Assembly: GCF_009914755.1 (NCBI RefSeq) | Contig: NC_060940.1 | Strand: one strand, 5' to 3' | Source of the DNA: the human T2T-CHM13v2.0 reference genome, Homo sapiens | Length of the DNA: 64,000 nucleotides | The notes under the pieces: model-generated | Told to the model about the DNA's origin: nothing | Database searches by the model: none | What the model saw: only the letters and a program-made list of their open reading frames with translations | Position numbers and translations under genes: made by a program | Part shown: positions 13,176-27,925 of the stretch, one piece after another | Numbering within the stretch: position 1 is the first letter of the stretch | Layout: each line of letters opens with the position of its first letter

Positions 13176-14179
13176 TCGTGCTACATTTTTAGTTTGAATA
13201 GGTCATCAGCAGGTTATCTTTGTGATACAACATATCTGGGATGCCACCAGGGAATAAATATAATGTAGATAAATACCTAGGTGATGAAATACAGTTTTCC
13301 AAAAAGTATACAAATTATGTGTAAATATTATACATTGTCCCATGCTTGAACCAAAAAAGCCTTCCCTACTAGACCACGTATGCTTTGTCTTTAAATTATT
13401 ATACAATTTGGCAACATTTGTTTTTCCATTCTTCTAGGGAACAAGAATGTTACAGATCAGTAGTCATCAGCAAATCTAACGGTAAAAGCGATCTGAATTT
13501 GAAAAGCGCTTAGTGAGCGGTGAGATCACAAGCCATCTGGAGAAAGATGGGCTGATAGAGAAATGAAAGCCAGAACACAGTGCCATGAAGGCGAATCCCA
13601 CGTAGCCCATTCAGGGAAAGCGTAAGGAGATAATGCAGAGAACAGATGAGGAAAGAAATAGACATAGCCTGCCTTGATACTCCCAGTAACATTAAATAGA
13701 TCAAGCGATGACAGTGATGACACCATGCATTTATTAGGCAGTGCTTGTTCTCCAAGAATCTCAAAGTACTTTGCCAAACTCTTACATCAAACAGTGACAG
13801 TCATAAGAGATACTGGAAGGCATGATTCCTATTTTTCCCGTATTACAGACCCAAGGCACTCAGATTCTGAGAGGTCTGCCTTGCAGGGGCATGCATTGTG
13901 GAACACCTCTGATGAGACATTAAAAGACAACCACCAGGATAAAAAGTGATGAAGGAAAAAAAAAAAGAAAATATTAATCCACAAAACAGAGGAAACAATT
14001 TTGTTCAACAATTATTATGGTATGATCTAAAACAATTTTTAAATGTACTATAGTGACCACAAGGAATTGCAAAAGTTTAAGAAATGCTATTTTTACAGTC
14101 ACATTAGAGGTCTTAAGACATTAACCTGCGAGGAGATTGGGGTGTCCTGACCTAAACGGCAGTACTTACTCTGGGCAGG

Positions 14180-14621
14180 TGTGATGGTTAATACTGAGTG
14201 TCAACTTGATTGCATAGAAGGATACAAAGTATCAATCCTGGGTACGTCTGTGAGGGTGAGGCCAAAGGAGATTCACATTTGAGTCAACGGGCTGGGAAAG
14301 GCAGACCCACCCTTAATCTGGGTGGGCACCATCTAATCAGCTGCCAGAGTGGCTAGAATATAAGCAGGCAGAAAAATGTTAAAAGAGAGAGTGGCCTAGC
14401 CTCTCAGCCTACATCTTTCTCTCATGCTGGATGCTTCCTGCCCTCGAACATCAGACTCCAAGTTCTTCAGTTTTGAAACTCGGACTGGTTCTTCTTGCTC
14501 CTCAGCCTGCAGACGGCCTATTGTGGGACCTTGTGATCGTGTGAGTTAATACTTAATAAATTCCCCTTAATATATATATATTCCATTAGTTCTGTCCCTC
14601 TAGAGAACCCTGACTAATACA
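14180..14621 (+). mobile_element. MLT2A1-like (HERV-L) solo LTR
   Basis: TGTGATGGTTAATACTGAGTGTCAACTTGATT...CTAGAGAACCCTGACTAATACA, 442 bp; TSD GCAGG / GCAAG. Confidence 0.92.
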
Positions 14622-15609
14622 GCAAGGAAGGGTATAACATACGGAAATACACAGGAAACCTCATAGTGGGAAAATGTAATTAGCATAAGGATATACAATC
14701 AAGTGTCCTTGGAACAAATGTGGGCCACTGTGTCTAACCTGGAGTTCAGAGTATGATAGGAATGCAGGACTCCTGAGCAGGAAATTGTTTCCTTGCAAGC
14801 CGATTTTCCAGGACCCATCTCGGAACCACCTCACAGAAAGCAAAATGGAAAAACTGTGTGACAAGATTGAAATGATAAAATCCTGAGATTTCTGCTATAA
14901 GGGAAGATTGGAAGTAATGCTCACTGAAAAAAGATGGCTCAAAATGGATTTAAATGAGGTTGTTAAGATGCACAAGAGGATGGCAAAGGGAGGGCCATTA
15001 CCAAGGAGGGGTATTAGAGGCTATTTGCAAGAGCGGCCCAGTTTCAAAATGGTGCGGATGTCAAATTCAATGGCCACAGACAGTGTACCAGAGCCCAGAT
15101 TTTGAAGAGTCTGTCAATGAACTTAGTTTTATAAATATTTTAGAGTACTACCTTATGCATTACTTAGTAAAATTCACAGTGACGGTGTTAGAGTTGGGAG
15201 AATCTACACATCAAACACAGTAGCAATTTTTATAAAGCAAAAACTATAAGAGATACTAGGAAATATAAATAGAAAAATATTAACAGCAGTATGTTTAACT
15301 GACAATTCTCATCGCAAGACAGATCAAATGGTCAAGTTAAAGTAAGACTATAGACAACTTAATCAGTAAGATAACTATATGCACATCAGTCACACCAGGT
15401 ATTCTGACAATGGAGAATATACCTTCTCAAATGTCCATGAAACATTCATAAAAAGAGACCAAATTGGCACAAAGAAAATAAAACAATGCCCCACAAAATA
15501 GAAAAGATACAGAAGTTTCTGAACATAATGCAATAAAACCAATTATTTTAACAACAAAATCAATAAGCAAAAAGGACTTGATTAACATTCTCTCCATTAA
15601 AGAACTCAG

Positions 15610-15947
<338 letters not shown>

Positions 15948-16050
15948 TAAATACTTATGTCAACAAAACGGAAAGACTAAAAGTAAATGAATTAAGCTTC
16001 CAACCCACCAAACATAGAAAGAACAACAAAATTAACTAAAAAAAAGTATT

Positions 16051-16081
16051 AAGCTGCAATTACGTTTGCACCAACCTAATA
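16051..16081. mobile_element. MADE1/Hsmar1 terminal inverted repeat fragment (one end only)
   Basis: GCAATTACGTTTGCACCAACCTAATA against the MADE1 end GCAATTACTTTTGCACCAACCTAA plus TA. Confidence 0.75.
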
Positions 16082-16914
16082 GAGAGAATAAAGATTAAAG
16101 CTGAATCACTAGGTTAGAATACAGAAAAATAGTCAAAACTAACATAGAAATAAGTAAATAAGGAAACAAGCAAGCAAGCAGGTAATTTGAGGAAAGACAG
16201 TAAAATAGATAAGTAGTTAACCTACTACTACAAAGAAAAGCAAGAAAAAATTCACAAAATAAGAAATGACAAAAGAGGGGGTAACCATAACAACAGAAAA
16301 CTTTAAAAATTATGAGATTTTTCCATAACTCTGTAAATAAATTTGAAAATCTAAATTAAAACATGTCCTTTCTACAAAAGTATAATTTTTTAACTGAAGA
16401 GATAGAAAGCCTAATAAATAAATTTCCATAGAGGAAATATGGGACGTCGTCAGTGACACGATCCTCAAAAAGGGCCAGGATTAGCTAGTTCTACAGAGCA
16501 ATTTCACAGGGAAGTTCTACCAGACTTAAAGATCAGATAATTCCAGTGTTAAACTGTTCCAAATATAGGAAAAGAAGAAAACACTCCAAATTCTTTTTAT
16601 GACAGTATAAGCACACTGATAACAAAATCTGATAAAGATTGCAATAAAAAGAAAATGACAGACAAATCATCCTTAGAAATATCAGTGCAAATATCCTAAA
16701 GAAAACATTAGCAAGCAGAACCCAATGGCACGTTATAACCCGGAACAAGAGTTTGAGGAATGGAAGAAATATTCAATATTAGGAAGCCCATTAGTAAAAT
16801 TCACTATACCAATCTAAGAGGAAAGTTCCTATAATCAAGTCCACAGATGGAAAAACTTGTGACAAAATTCATTGCTAAGTCCAGGTAAAAAAATGCAATA
16901 CAATAGGAATAACT

Positions 16915-17510
16915 GGCGATTTGATTTCTCAGATACCTGGAGTTAGAAATACCATTTGACCCAGCAATCCCATTACTGGGTGTATACCCAAAGGAATATA
17001 AATCATTCTGTCATAAAGATACACGCATGCATATGTTCATTGCAGCACTATTTACAATAGCAAAGTCATGGAATCAACCTAAACGCCCATCAGTGATATA
17101 CTGGATAAAGAAAATATGGTACTTACACACCATGGAATAGTATACAGCCATACAAAGGAAAAAGATCATGTCCTTTGCAGGGACATGGACAGAGCTAGAA
17201 CCCATTATCCTCAGCAAACTAACAAAGGAACAGAAAACCAAACACTGCATGTTCTGACTTATAAGTGGAACCTGATTGATGAGAACACATGGACACAGGT
17301 CGGAGAACAACACACACTGGGCCCTGTTGGGGGGTGGGGGAAGCAGGAGCATCGGGAAGAACAGCTAATGGATGCTGGGTTTAATTCCTGAGTGAGAGGA
17401 TGATCTGTGCAGTAAACCACCATGGCACATTTTTACCTATGTAACAAACCTGCATATCCTGCACACGGACCCTGAATTTAAAATAAAAGTTGAAAAAAAA
17501 TTAAAAAGCA
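16915..17510 (+). mobile_element. L1PA13-16-like 3' end
   Basis: GAAATACCATTTGACCCAGCAATCCCATTACTGGG...GTAACAAACCTGCATATCCTGCAC...AATAAAA, flanked by ACAATAGGAA on both sides. Confidence 0.9.
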
Positions 17511-17539
17511 AAAACAATAGGAACAGTTGTATACTTCTC

Positions 17540-17990
17540 TGTTAGTTTGAGTCCCCCGAGACAAGGATGTGTGTACAAGTAGTTGATTTGGGAGGTGATT
17601 TTCAGGAGGCACCGTGAGGGAGTAGGGAATTGAGACAAGTAAAGCTAATGAGAGTTGCATGAGGGGTTAACATTGCGGGCAGCTGAGGTTCAGTTTCCCT
17701 TGGGATCTTCTAAGAGCCCATGTGGAACACACAACTGAGTTGTTCCCTAGAAGGGCGAACAACTTTTTTTCCATTGACTCCCAGACCTCATTGGTTGGGA
17801 GTCCCTTCTAGAGGCTGTAGTTTCACAGGATACCTTGTCTGCCCACACAGGGCCACGCCCTCCCACTGCTGGAGAATGTGCTCAAGCAGAAAGGGGCAGG
17901 AAGTTTGCCGTGTGGATGGGAACTACCTGCAGGCAACCTCTGGGGTGGCTGCTGGTATCTGGGTGGGCAGGTGCATGTGTGTGCACACAT
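17540..17990 (-). mobile_element. LTR16-like ERVL LTR
   Basis: GAGACAAGGAT...ACAAGTAGTTGATTTGGGAGGTGAT matches the reverse complement of the LTR16 3' end. Confidence 0.65.
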
Positions 17991-18292
17991 CTGTGTAAAA
18001 TTGGTGCAGAGGCCAGCTTCTGACATGGGGGAAAAACACTGGAAGCATTCCTGCTGCTGTTAGACGCAAAGATGCTCACAATTACTACTCTATTTAACAC
18101 CATATTAAACCAATACAAGTAGACCAGAGAAGAAAACTAGAGGCATAAGACTGGAAAGAGGCAAAGCTATGTCTAGTTTGAGATGATACGATTTTGTATT
18201 CATAAACCCAATAAAGTAACTGAAATAGCACAACAAAATATAAGATAATTCAGTAAAATAGCAGTATGTAAAATTAATTAAAAAGAAATCAT

Positions 18293-18690
18293 GGCCAGGC
18301 ATGGTGGCCCATGACTGTAATCCCATCACTTTAGGAGGCCGAGGTGGGAGGATTGCTTGAGCCCAGGAGTCTAAGACCAGCCTGGGCAACATAGAGAGAC
18401 CCTGTCTCTACAAAAAATTAAAAAAGTAGCTAGGCATAGTGGCATGCAACTGGAGTCCCAGCTACTAGGGAGGCTGAGGTAGGAGGATCCCTTGAGCCTG
18501 AAAAGTGGAGATTGCAGTGAGCTATGATTGCACCACTGCGCTCCAGCCTGGATGACAGAGTGAAACCAGGAAGAAAGAGAGGAGAGGACGGGAGGAGAGG
18601 GGAGGGGAGGGGAGAGGAGAAGGAGGGAGGGAGGGAAGACAGGCAGGCAGGCAGGCAGGTGAAAGAGACAGAGAGAGAGAGAGAGAGAAA
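18293..18690 (+). mobile_element. AluJ with long purine-rich tail (GGAG/GGCA/GA)
   Basis: Full Alu; TSD AGAAATCAT / AGAAATCGT. Confidence 0.95.
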
Positions 18691-19378
18691 TCGTTACCCT
18701 TTATATAGTAAAACAACAGAAGATATAATAGGATGGAATACCCCACTTTCAGCTAGGAGCAAACTTAACTAAAAATATGCAAAACCAAATAATATGAGAA
18801 AAACTTGGAAGTATTACTAATGGCTTTAAAAGTATTATGAAAAAGAAACAGCATATTCTTGGAAAGGAAAACTCAAAGTCAATTCTTCTTAATTTAAAGC
18901 AATCCAACAAAAATAACAGCAGGATTTTTTTTCTAGAACTAGACAAATTGATTCTAAAATTAACATGGAAACATAAAATTTTAAATAGCCAGAAAATGAA
19001 GAGAAATTATAGAACAGACCTACTAGGTATCAAAATACACCAATTTAAAATGTGCAATTGGTATCTGAAGAAACATATAAGCACATGGAACAGAATAGAA
19101 AGTCCAGAAATAGACCAAAATGTATAAAGGAATGTATTATATCATAAAGAGGACATTCCAAACTACTGAGATGAAGAAGGGCATTTTAATAAATTACAGT
19201 GGGACGACTGGATGGCAGTCTGGGGAAAAAAAGATAAAGTAAGTCCCCTACTTCACATTGTGCACAAGTATAATTTCCCAAAGAATTCAATGTTAAAAGG
19301 TAGAAAATGAAGTGCTAGAACTGCTAAAGATTAAAAACGGAGTGGGGAAGGCTTTCGCAAGTAAGACTTCAAAATTCA

Positions 19379-19678
<300 letters not shown>

Positions 19679-19716
19679 TTACAAAGACTGAGCTCCCTAA
19701 TCTATAAAGATTACCT

Positions 19717-20015
<299 letters not shown>

Positions 20016-21100
20016 CTAAAATTCAGAAAGAAAATGACCAACAATTTGAAATAAAGATGACAAATGACACAAACAGTCCTTGCAGGGGTTGCAGGCAGGA
20101 TGCATGAAAATGGCCATCAAGCATATGAAAAATGTCTCAACCTTGCTCACAGTAAGATAAAGGTCAATAAAACTGCACTGAGATACATATCATGTACCAC
20201 CTATTAGAGTGGCAAAAATCCAAAACTCTGACAACACTCTTGTCAGTGGGGCTGAAGGGAGAAAAAATACCTAATACACTGTGCTGGTGAGAAAGAGAAA
20301 ACGGTGCAACTCCCATGGAGAGCAATCTGGCCATTTCTACCAAAAATACAACTGCACTTGCCTTTTCACCTAGCAATCCTACTTCTGGGAATCTATCCCA
20401 CAGATAGATCTACCCACATTAAATGGCATATGTAGAAGATTATGCATTACAGCATTATTTGCCATAGCACAAGATTGGAAATGATCCAACAGTCCATGAA
20501 TAGAAGGTTGACTGAAGAAACTACGGATATATTAACCCAATCAAATACTATGCAATCAAATGAAAGTATGAACACTATTTCTACTTACTGATGTGGAAAG
20601 ACCTCCAAAATATTTGTTGTTTAAAAAAAAAGCAAAAGTTGAAGCTAATTGTGTAGTATGCTACCTTTTCAATAACAGAAAGAAATGAATATACATTTAT
20701 ATTTGCTTTCCTTTGATGAAAGATACACTGAAAAAATAAACAGGAATCTAATAGAAATTGTTACCAATGGAGGGCAGAACAATGAGGAGGGAAGGGGATG
20801 GAAGCAAGAATTCTGAGTGTAACTTTTAATTATTTTTAATTTTGAATTATGTAAATATATTACCTATAATAAAAAATAAAAATTTGAAATATTCCAGAGA
20901 GGAAAACATATATAACCTAAAAGGAAATAAGAAACAGACTGATTTCAGATTTCTGATGGAACAATATAACACTAATGTCCAAAGAGGAAAAGATGTGAAT
21001 CTAAAATTCTATAAGAGGTAAAAATATTTTTCAAAATAAAGACCTTTCTGACATGCAAAGACTCCGTTTGTCATATACAAACTCTCCAACAAGTTTCTCC

Positions 21101-21176
21101 TACTCACTGCAGCAGCACATACACTAAAGTGGAAATGAAGGATAACATGCAAATTTGTGAAACATTCCATAATTTT
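21101..21176 (+). pseudogene. U6 snRNA retro-pseudogene with a ~30-nt internal deletion
   Basis: TACTCACTGCAGCAGCACATACACTAAAGTGGAAATG resembles the U6 5' part. AAGGATAACATGCAAATTTGTGAAACATTCCATAATTTT resembles the U6 3' part. An A-run follows. Confidence 0.85.
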
Positions 21177-21450
21177 CCAAAAAAAAATTTAAACCAATAA
21201 CTTTTAAAAGAATTTTTAAAGAATGCACTCCAGGAAGAAAAAAAGAATCAGAGAGAAACTGGATACAAAAAGCAGGGTTGAGCAAAGAAACCAGAAAACT
21301 AATTAAATTTAAATAAATGTTGATTGCAAAGAAAAATATCTTTTAACAATTTGGAACTAAAGACTTCAGAAATGTTGGAGAAGATAGGAAGTAAAGGAAG
21401 TAAAAATACATCAAAGTTTTCACCTTATTCAGGGACAGGGGAAGGGCAGT

Positions 21451-22409
21451 TGTCTTAGTCCATCTGTACTAGTCAGGGTTCTCTAGAGGGATAGAACTCA
21501 TAGGAGATACATATATATATCTCCATATATATGTGTGTGTATATATATCTCCATATATATGTGTGTGTGTATATATATATCTCCATATATATGTGTGTAT
21601 CTCTATATATATGTACATATATATGTATATATGTGTATATATATGTCTCTCCACATTCAGGAGTTTATTAACTTGCACAAGGTTCCACAATAGGCCGTCT
21701 GCAAGCTGGGGAGCAAGGAGAACCAGTCCAAGTCTCAAAACTGAAGAACTTGGAGTCCGATGTTCACGGGCAGGAAGCATCCAGCACGAGAGAAAGATGT
21801 AGGCTCAGAGGTCAGGCCAGTTTAGTCTTTTCATGTTTTTCTGCCTGCTTTGTATTCTAGCCACACTGCCAGCTGATTAGATGGTGCCCACCCAGATTAA
21901 GAGTGGGTCTGCCTTTCCCAGCCCCACTGACTCAAATGTTAATCTCCTTTGGCAACACCCTCGGGACACACCCAGGATCAATACTTTGCATTCTTCAATC
22001 CAATCAAGTTGACACTCAGTATTAATCATCACACCATGTATGCTGCTATAACAAGATATCTGAGACTGGGTAATTTACAAAGAACAGAAACTTATTTTCT
22101 CATAATTCTGGAGACCGCGAAGTCCAAGATCAAGGCACCAGCATGCTCCGTTGTCTGGTGGGGGCTGTTCTCTGTTTCTAAGGTGGTGCCTTGAGCTCCA
22201 TCCTGTGTAGTGGAGAGAAAAGCTGTGTCCTCACATGATGGAGGAACAAAAGAAAGTGAACTCATTCCCTCCGGCCCTTTTGTAAGGGGTCTAATTCCAT
22301 CCATGAGGGCTGAGCCTTCAAAACCAAATACCTCTTAAAGGTTCCACATCACATTGGCTATTAAGTTTCAGCACCTGAATTTTGGAGGGGACACATTCAA
22401 AACATAGCA
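21451..22409 (-). mobile_element. MST/MLT1A-like MaLR solo LTR, interrupted by MLT2A
   Basis: TGTCTTAGTCCAT...[insert]...TGCTGCTATAACAAGATATCTGAGACTGGGTAATTTA...ACATTCAAAACATAGCA; TSD GCAGT / GTAGT. Confidence 0.85.
21465..22033 (-). mobile_element. MLT2A (A2-like) solo LTR with internal (TA/TG)n microsatellite
   Basis: TGTACTAGTCAGGGTTCTCTAGAGGGA...CAATCAAGTTGACACTCAGTATTAATCATCACA; TSD CCATC / CCATG. Confidence 0.9.
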
Positions 22410-22414
22410 GTAGT

Positions 22415-23830
22415 CTACATGATGGTGGGAAGATGTATAATCAATATGTGTATTAAAAGTCTAAGTGTAGAAGAACAGGAATGGCAGGTGTAACTTAGAA
22501 ACCACCTAGAAGAAAAAATGGAATAAAATAGACGATGGGATAATCCAGTCAACCAAAAATAGGCAGAAAGAGGGGAAACTAAAATGGCACAGTGTCACAG
22601 AAAAATAAATAAATAAGTTCAAACACATTGGTAATAATAATCTGTGTGAAGGATGAATTATATATTAAAACAGAATTTTCATTTTGCAATAAAAAAAAAC
22701 ACAGGCTAATTTTTAAAGGCATACCTAAAGATGACAGAAAGAGAGAAGACAAGAGTATAAGAAAAGATATACCAACAATTCTGAATATCAGGAAAAAAGA
22801 TAGAATTTTAGGCAAATGCAGTAAAAGGATAAAAAGGGATGTTTGCCAAGAAGATGTAACATATAAACTTTTGGGTATATTTGACAATTGCAGCTTTCAG
22901 GAACCAGTAGACAAAATAGATGAACAAAAAGTAAGAATACAGAATATTTGGCTAATCTAATTAACAAGTTTGATCTAATAGATATAGAATATAACATTGA
23001 ACACAATGAAGAACATCCTTCTGAGACAGTCAGGACACTCACAAAAGAAAATTGATCATGTATTAGGTCATGAAGAAAAATCTCATCGACTCCCGTAAAG
23101 CAGAAATCATATAAGCCATATTGATTGATCAAAATGAAATAAAATTAGATTCATCATCAAAAAGATAGAAAAAAATCCATAGACTTAGAAACTTTAAAAC
23201 GCCCTTGAGAATAACTCTTATGTTTAGGAGAAAAATCAATACAGAACTTACAAACTACATTTAGAAATGAATGATGATGAGGTCATCATGATTTAGGTAA
23301 AACAGTATTTAAGGAAAATTTAAAAGCACTTCTGGCCCTGCTCTTCCACTTCTTGGTATTCCTCAAAGGAACATTTTCACTGTGCACCAAGACGTGTACA
23401 AAGGTTTTTATTGCACTATTGTTTGTCACGGTTAACCATTCCTCTGTTGATGAACACAGGCTTTTTTCCAGGTCTTTCTAGCACCATGCTATAGAATACC
23501 ATACAACAGTTAAACAGAATGAAATAGAGTTACGTGTGCTGAAACGGTAATACTTCTAAGGCATTATGTTAAGTAAAATAGACAAAATGCAGAAATAAAG
23601 GAGGTGTGATACTTATTATATTAAGATAATTTAACAAAAATTAAAACTATTGTATTTCTACAGGTACATATTCTATTTTACAGAGAAAAATGTCAGGGAG
23701 GATAGATGCTGAACAGTGTACTACTTTTAAGGAAGGGAATAGGAAAGAAGGAAAGATCAAGGGGACATTCAATTAATTCTACTGTTTGATGGTTTTTTAC
23801 AACAGGAAGATATTTACTTAATATTTGTGT
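22415..23830 (+). mobile_element. Degraded L1ME-like fragments
   Basis: A-rich sequence with ACAAGTTTGATCTAATAGATATA, AATTGATCATGTATTAGGTCAT and 3' UTR-like ATAGAATACCATACAACAGTTAAA. Confidence 0.55.
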
Positions 23831-25569
23831 ACTAGCAAAAGAAAAGTTCTCCATGTGAATGATTCTAAGGTGATCATACATGAGTCATCTCTTAGAGACA
23901 AATTTTGTAGAAACCACTCATTGAGTTTGTGTAATAATTTTTGCCCGGGCAAGTTTTTATTGATAAAGCTAGCTTCTTTTGATTTAGAACCTGAAGGGAA
24001 AGTAAGGTATTAGATGATTTTCATTGTGTTTTGTTAATTACATAATTTCACATTTCTAAATTACAGACTAGAAAAATAGCTAAGATAGAAGGGGCAGAAG
24101 AACTTAAATGAAGCCCTATTTTACAAACTCTATTTATTGTTTAGGAATTGTGATGCTATCATCTGTAAAATAAATCTTTAAAGCTCTTACCTTCACCAGT
24201 ATTAACATATGTTAAAGCTCTGCATCTTAGGTTCAGCCTTAAACATAGGGGTCTCTTTTAAAAGAAAAACTCATCAATGTCATTAGCAGTGCAAGACAGA
24301 AAGCAAAACGTAAACGACAAATATATGAATGAAATAAAATGTTACACGAAGAAAGCGCAAAGCAAAAAATGTGTAACCCATTTCACTAGCTGTACAACAA
24401 AATATTAAAATAACTCTCAGATACACTGGTTGTTAAATGGGGAGGGGTATGGGTGAATTAAAAAGTTACTCTAATTTAAACAAAATTAATAAAGAAATGT
24501 TCTGCATGAGTTTTTTTTTTCCTGTTTCTACTTCTAATCATTTATCATGCAAATGAAAGCAGTAATGGAAAATGTAAAGAAAACAAATTCTGCAATATAC
24601 TGAAACTCGTATCCAGCAAGAGATAAGATTGAATATCAGAAAGAAGGAGTCTGAAAATTAGCTGTCTGTACAATAACTGGGAGGGAAAACGGTTTTATTT
24701 AGCCTGGAGGGATTTTTTTGTAGCAAACTGACTAAATTAAAATCCAGTCTATTAAATCCAGTATCATACTAGAAAATGCCTTTTCCTTGCACTTTTAGAT
24801 AAATTTTCATTGATCTCATTTTACACATGATTACATTTTTAATGAGTTATGCAATATTTCCAGGCTAATTTTAAATCCCCTCTCTCCTCTCCCCCTTCCA
24901 CTTACTGCTTGCTGGATTAACATTTCTGATAAATTGTTGGACCAGAAAGAAGGAGCATTACCAAGATGAAATAAATTATTTCCATTTTTTTTTGCAGCTC
25001 TAAAGTGCCAATAGGAGAATACAAATGCCCACTGTTTAATTATGCCACATCTTCCAATTCATTTCAAAAAAAATTATTTTATTTTTATGTAATAGGCATG
25101 TTACCTTGTTTTCATTATAAATAACCCTGCATGGTGTATAGTCTATTAGAATAAAAAAAATTTCACCCTGACATTGATCAGGTAAACTTGGTGTATGGAC
25201 ATCTTAAAAAGGAATGGCCCAAAAGCAACCCATAATATAAAAAGGATATGGAGACAACTGGAAAGCCTACATGCTGATAAATAGTTATTTTTTAAAAGAT
25301 TCGTACTGTTTAAAATTAACCTTCAAGCAAAATACAAAATAATACTGCGCATAAGTGTTTTAAAGAGATCTATTCTTGTATGGGATGGGAGGCTGGGGGA
25401 GTTCCTTGAGCACAGTCTCCAATAAAAGGAAAGTAAGGTCAATTTTCTCTATCTACACCTTCAAGCCTACACAGCAAGAGGAGAGATGATTTGACGGGAG
25501 TCAGTGGAATTCCAGCCTCTGTTCAAGAAAGGAAGTCAGAGAGCAAAACTTTTTAAATAGATTAAACTT

Positions 25570-27925
25570 TCTAATTCAATGACATATTAGATGATTAAAA
25601 CAAAATTCAGCTCTATGGTGCTTTAAAATTACGGATCTTGAAAGACTGAAACTAAACATATGGGAAAAAAATTTACCAGGCAAATACTAACCAGAAGAAA
25701 GTTGGTAGATGGTGTAGTAATTTTAGTAATGTACACACACCCATATGCACACACATACGTACATGAAAATGAGCACACACACACACACACACACACACAA
25801 AGCATTACCTTGTGCTCCTAACACAATATAGCTTCAAAATATAAAAATTAAAAACTCACAAAAATTAAAAGGAAAAAATGATGGAAGAAATGACAGAGAA
25901 AAGATTGAACATAGTAAGTGAAGACCTGAAAGACATAAAGAAAAAGGATACAAATTGAACTTCTGGCGATGAAAACTATAATGTTTGAGATGAACAATAT
26001 ACCATATGAGATTAACAGGAGATTAGACAAAGCAAAAGAAAAGATTGGCAAGCTTCAAGATATAGCAATGTGTCTATAAACTGGAACTATAAAATGGAAC
26101 ACCAATTAAAAAAATTAAAAGACAGGAAAAAATGAACAAAGCATTAGTGAACTATGAGACAGCCTCAAATGGCCAAATACAACGTAATTGGCATCCCTAA
26201 AAGAATACAGAGGCGATAAATATTTAAAGAAATCATTAATGGCTGAAATTTTTCCAAATTTGATAAAAACTATAAGCCTATGAATCCAAGAAACTCAATG
26301 AACTCCAAGCATAACAAACACAAAATTAAGGCATGTCATAATCAAACTGTTTAATACCAGCAATAAGAGAAAAATGTTAAAAGCAGCCAGAGAGGAGAAA
26401 AAGAGACATATTGTATATGGAGAAATAGATAAAGAGGAAGGCAGATTTCTCTCTGGAAACAATATAAGCTAGATAATGGTGAACCAACATCTTTAAAATA
26501 CTGGCTGGAATATAGGGGAGGAAATCAGTGAAAACTGCTAAAAAATGAAGATGAAATAAAGACATTTTCCAGACATACAAATATTGAAAGAATTAATCAC
26601 CAGAAGACTGACACTATGAGAAATGGTAGATAAGTGCTTCAAAGAGAATACAAGTGAGACCAGATGTACACAAATGAAAGAAGAATCCTAGAAATAGAAA
26701 CTACAAAAGTAAATATAAAGAATTATTTTAAATTTAAACCTCTTTAAAAGATAATCAATAGCTTAAGGCAAAAATAATAGCAATGTATTACAGAGATTTT
26801 AACGTGTAAAAGTGAAATGTATGATCACAGTAGCTCAAAGGCCAGGAGGGGAAGGAGAAATTAAAATATATTATTGTAAGGTTTTTATACTATAAGTAGC
26901 ACAAAGTCACTTGAAGATAGACTATAATATGTTAAAAATATATAATATAAATTCCTAAACAACTAATTCTTTAAAAACAGAGCTAATAAGCAAATAAAGT
27001 AGAAATATAGAATTATAAAAATATTAATCTAAAAGAATATAGAAATAGAGGACAAAGAGAATAAAGAACAAAAAAGACACACAGAAAACAAATAGCAAGA
27101 CTTTAGATTCAAATCAATCATATTAGTTCATCACATTAAATGTAAATGGTCTAAGCAACCAAATTAAAAGGCAGAGATTATCAGATTAGGAGGAAAGAAA
27201 ATAACACCCACTCTATGCTGCTACATTTTTTTTAAGTAAAAAGGATGGAAAAATATATTCTTACTAATGTAAGTTGAAAGAAAGTGAAAATGGCTATATT
27301 AATATCAGCCAAAGTAGATTTCAGAGCAAAAATTATTATCAGGGATGAAAAAGGTCATTTTATAATAATATAGGACTTGATTCATCAAGAAGACATAAAA
27401 GTCATAAATATTTGTGTGTTTAATAACAGAGCTTCAAAATACATGAAGCAAAAACTGAAAGAACTAAAAAGGAAAATAGAGAAATCTACAATTATACTGT
27501 AAGATTTTCACTCATTTCAATAATTGATGGAACAAGGAGACAGAAAATTAGTAAAGACACACAACTTATGAAAAATGCTATTAACCAACTTTATCTAAAT
27601 GACAATCATAGAATACTCCACCCAATGACAGCAGAATAGACATCTGTTTCACATGCCTATGGTATACATAAGATAGACCATATTTGGGATCATAAAAGAA
27701 TTCTTAATAAATTTAAAAAGCATTCAAGTCACATAAATGTTTCTATGGTCACATTGGAATTAAATTAGAAATCAATAATAGAAAGATTTCTAGAAAATCC
27801 TCAAATGTTTGAAAACTAAATTATACACCTGAATATAATACATGGGTAAAGGAAGAAATCAAACAGAAATTACACTATATTTGGAAGTGAGTGAAAACGA
27901 AAGCACAGCATATTGAAATTTGTAG
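25570..27925 (+). mobile_element. Old L1M ORF1 / ORF2-endonuclease remnants, with (CA)n at 25774-25799
   Basis: GCAGATTTCTCTCTGGAAACAAT, AAATGTAAATGGTCTAAG...AATTAAAAGGCAGAGATT and ACAGAGCTTCAAAATACATGAAGCAAAAACTG. Confidence 0.8.
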
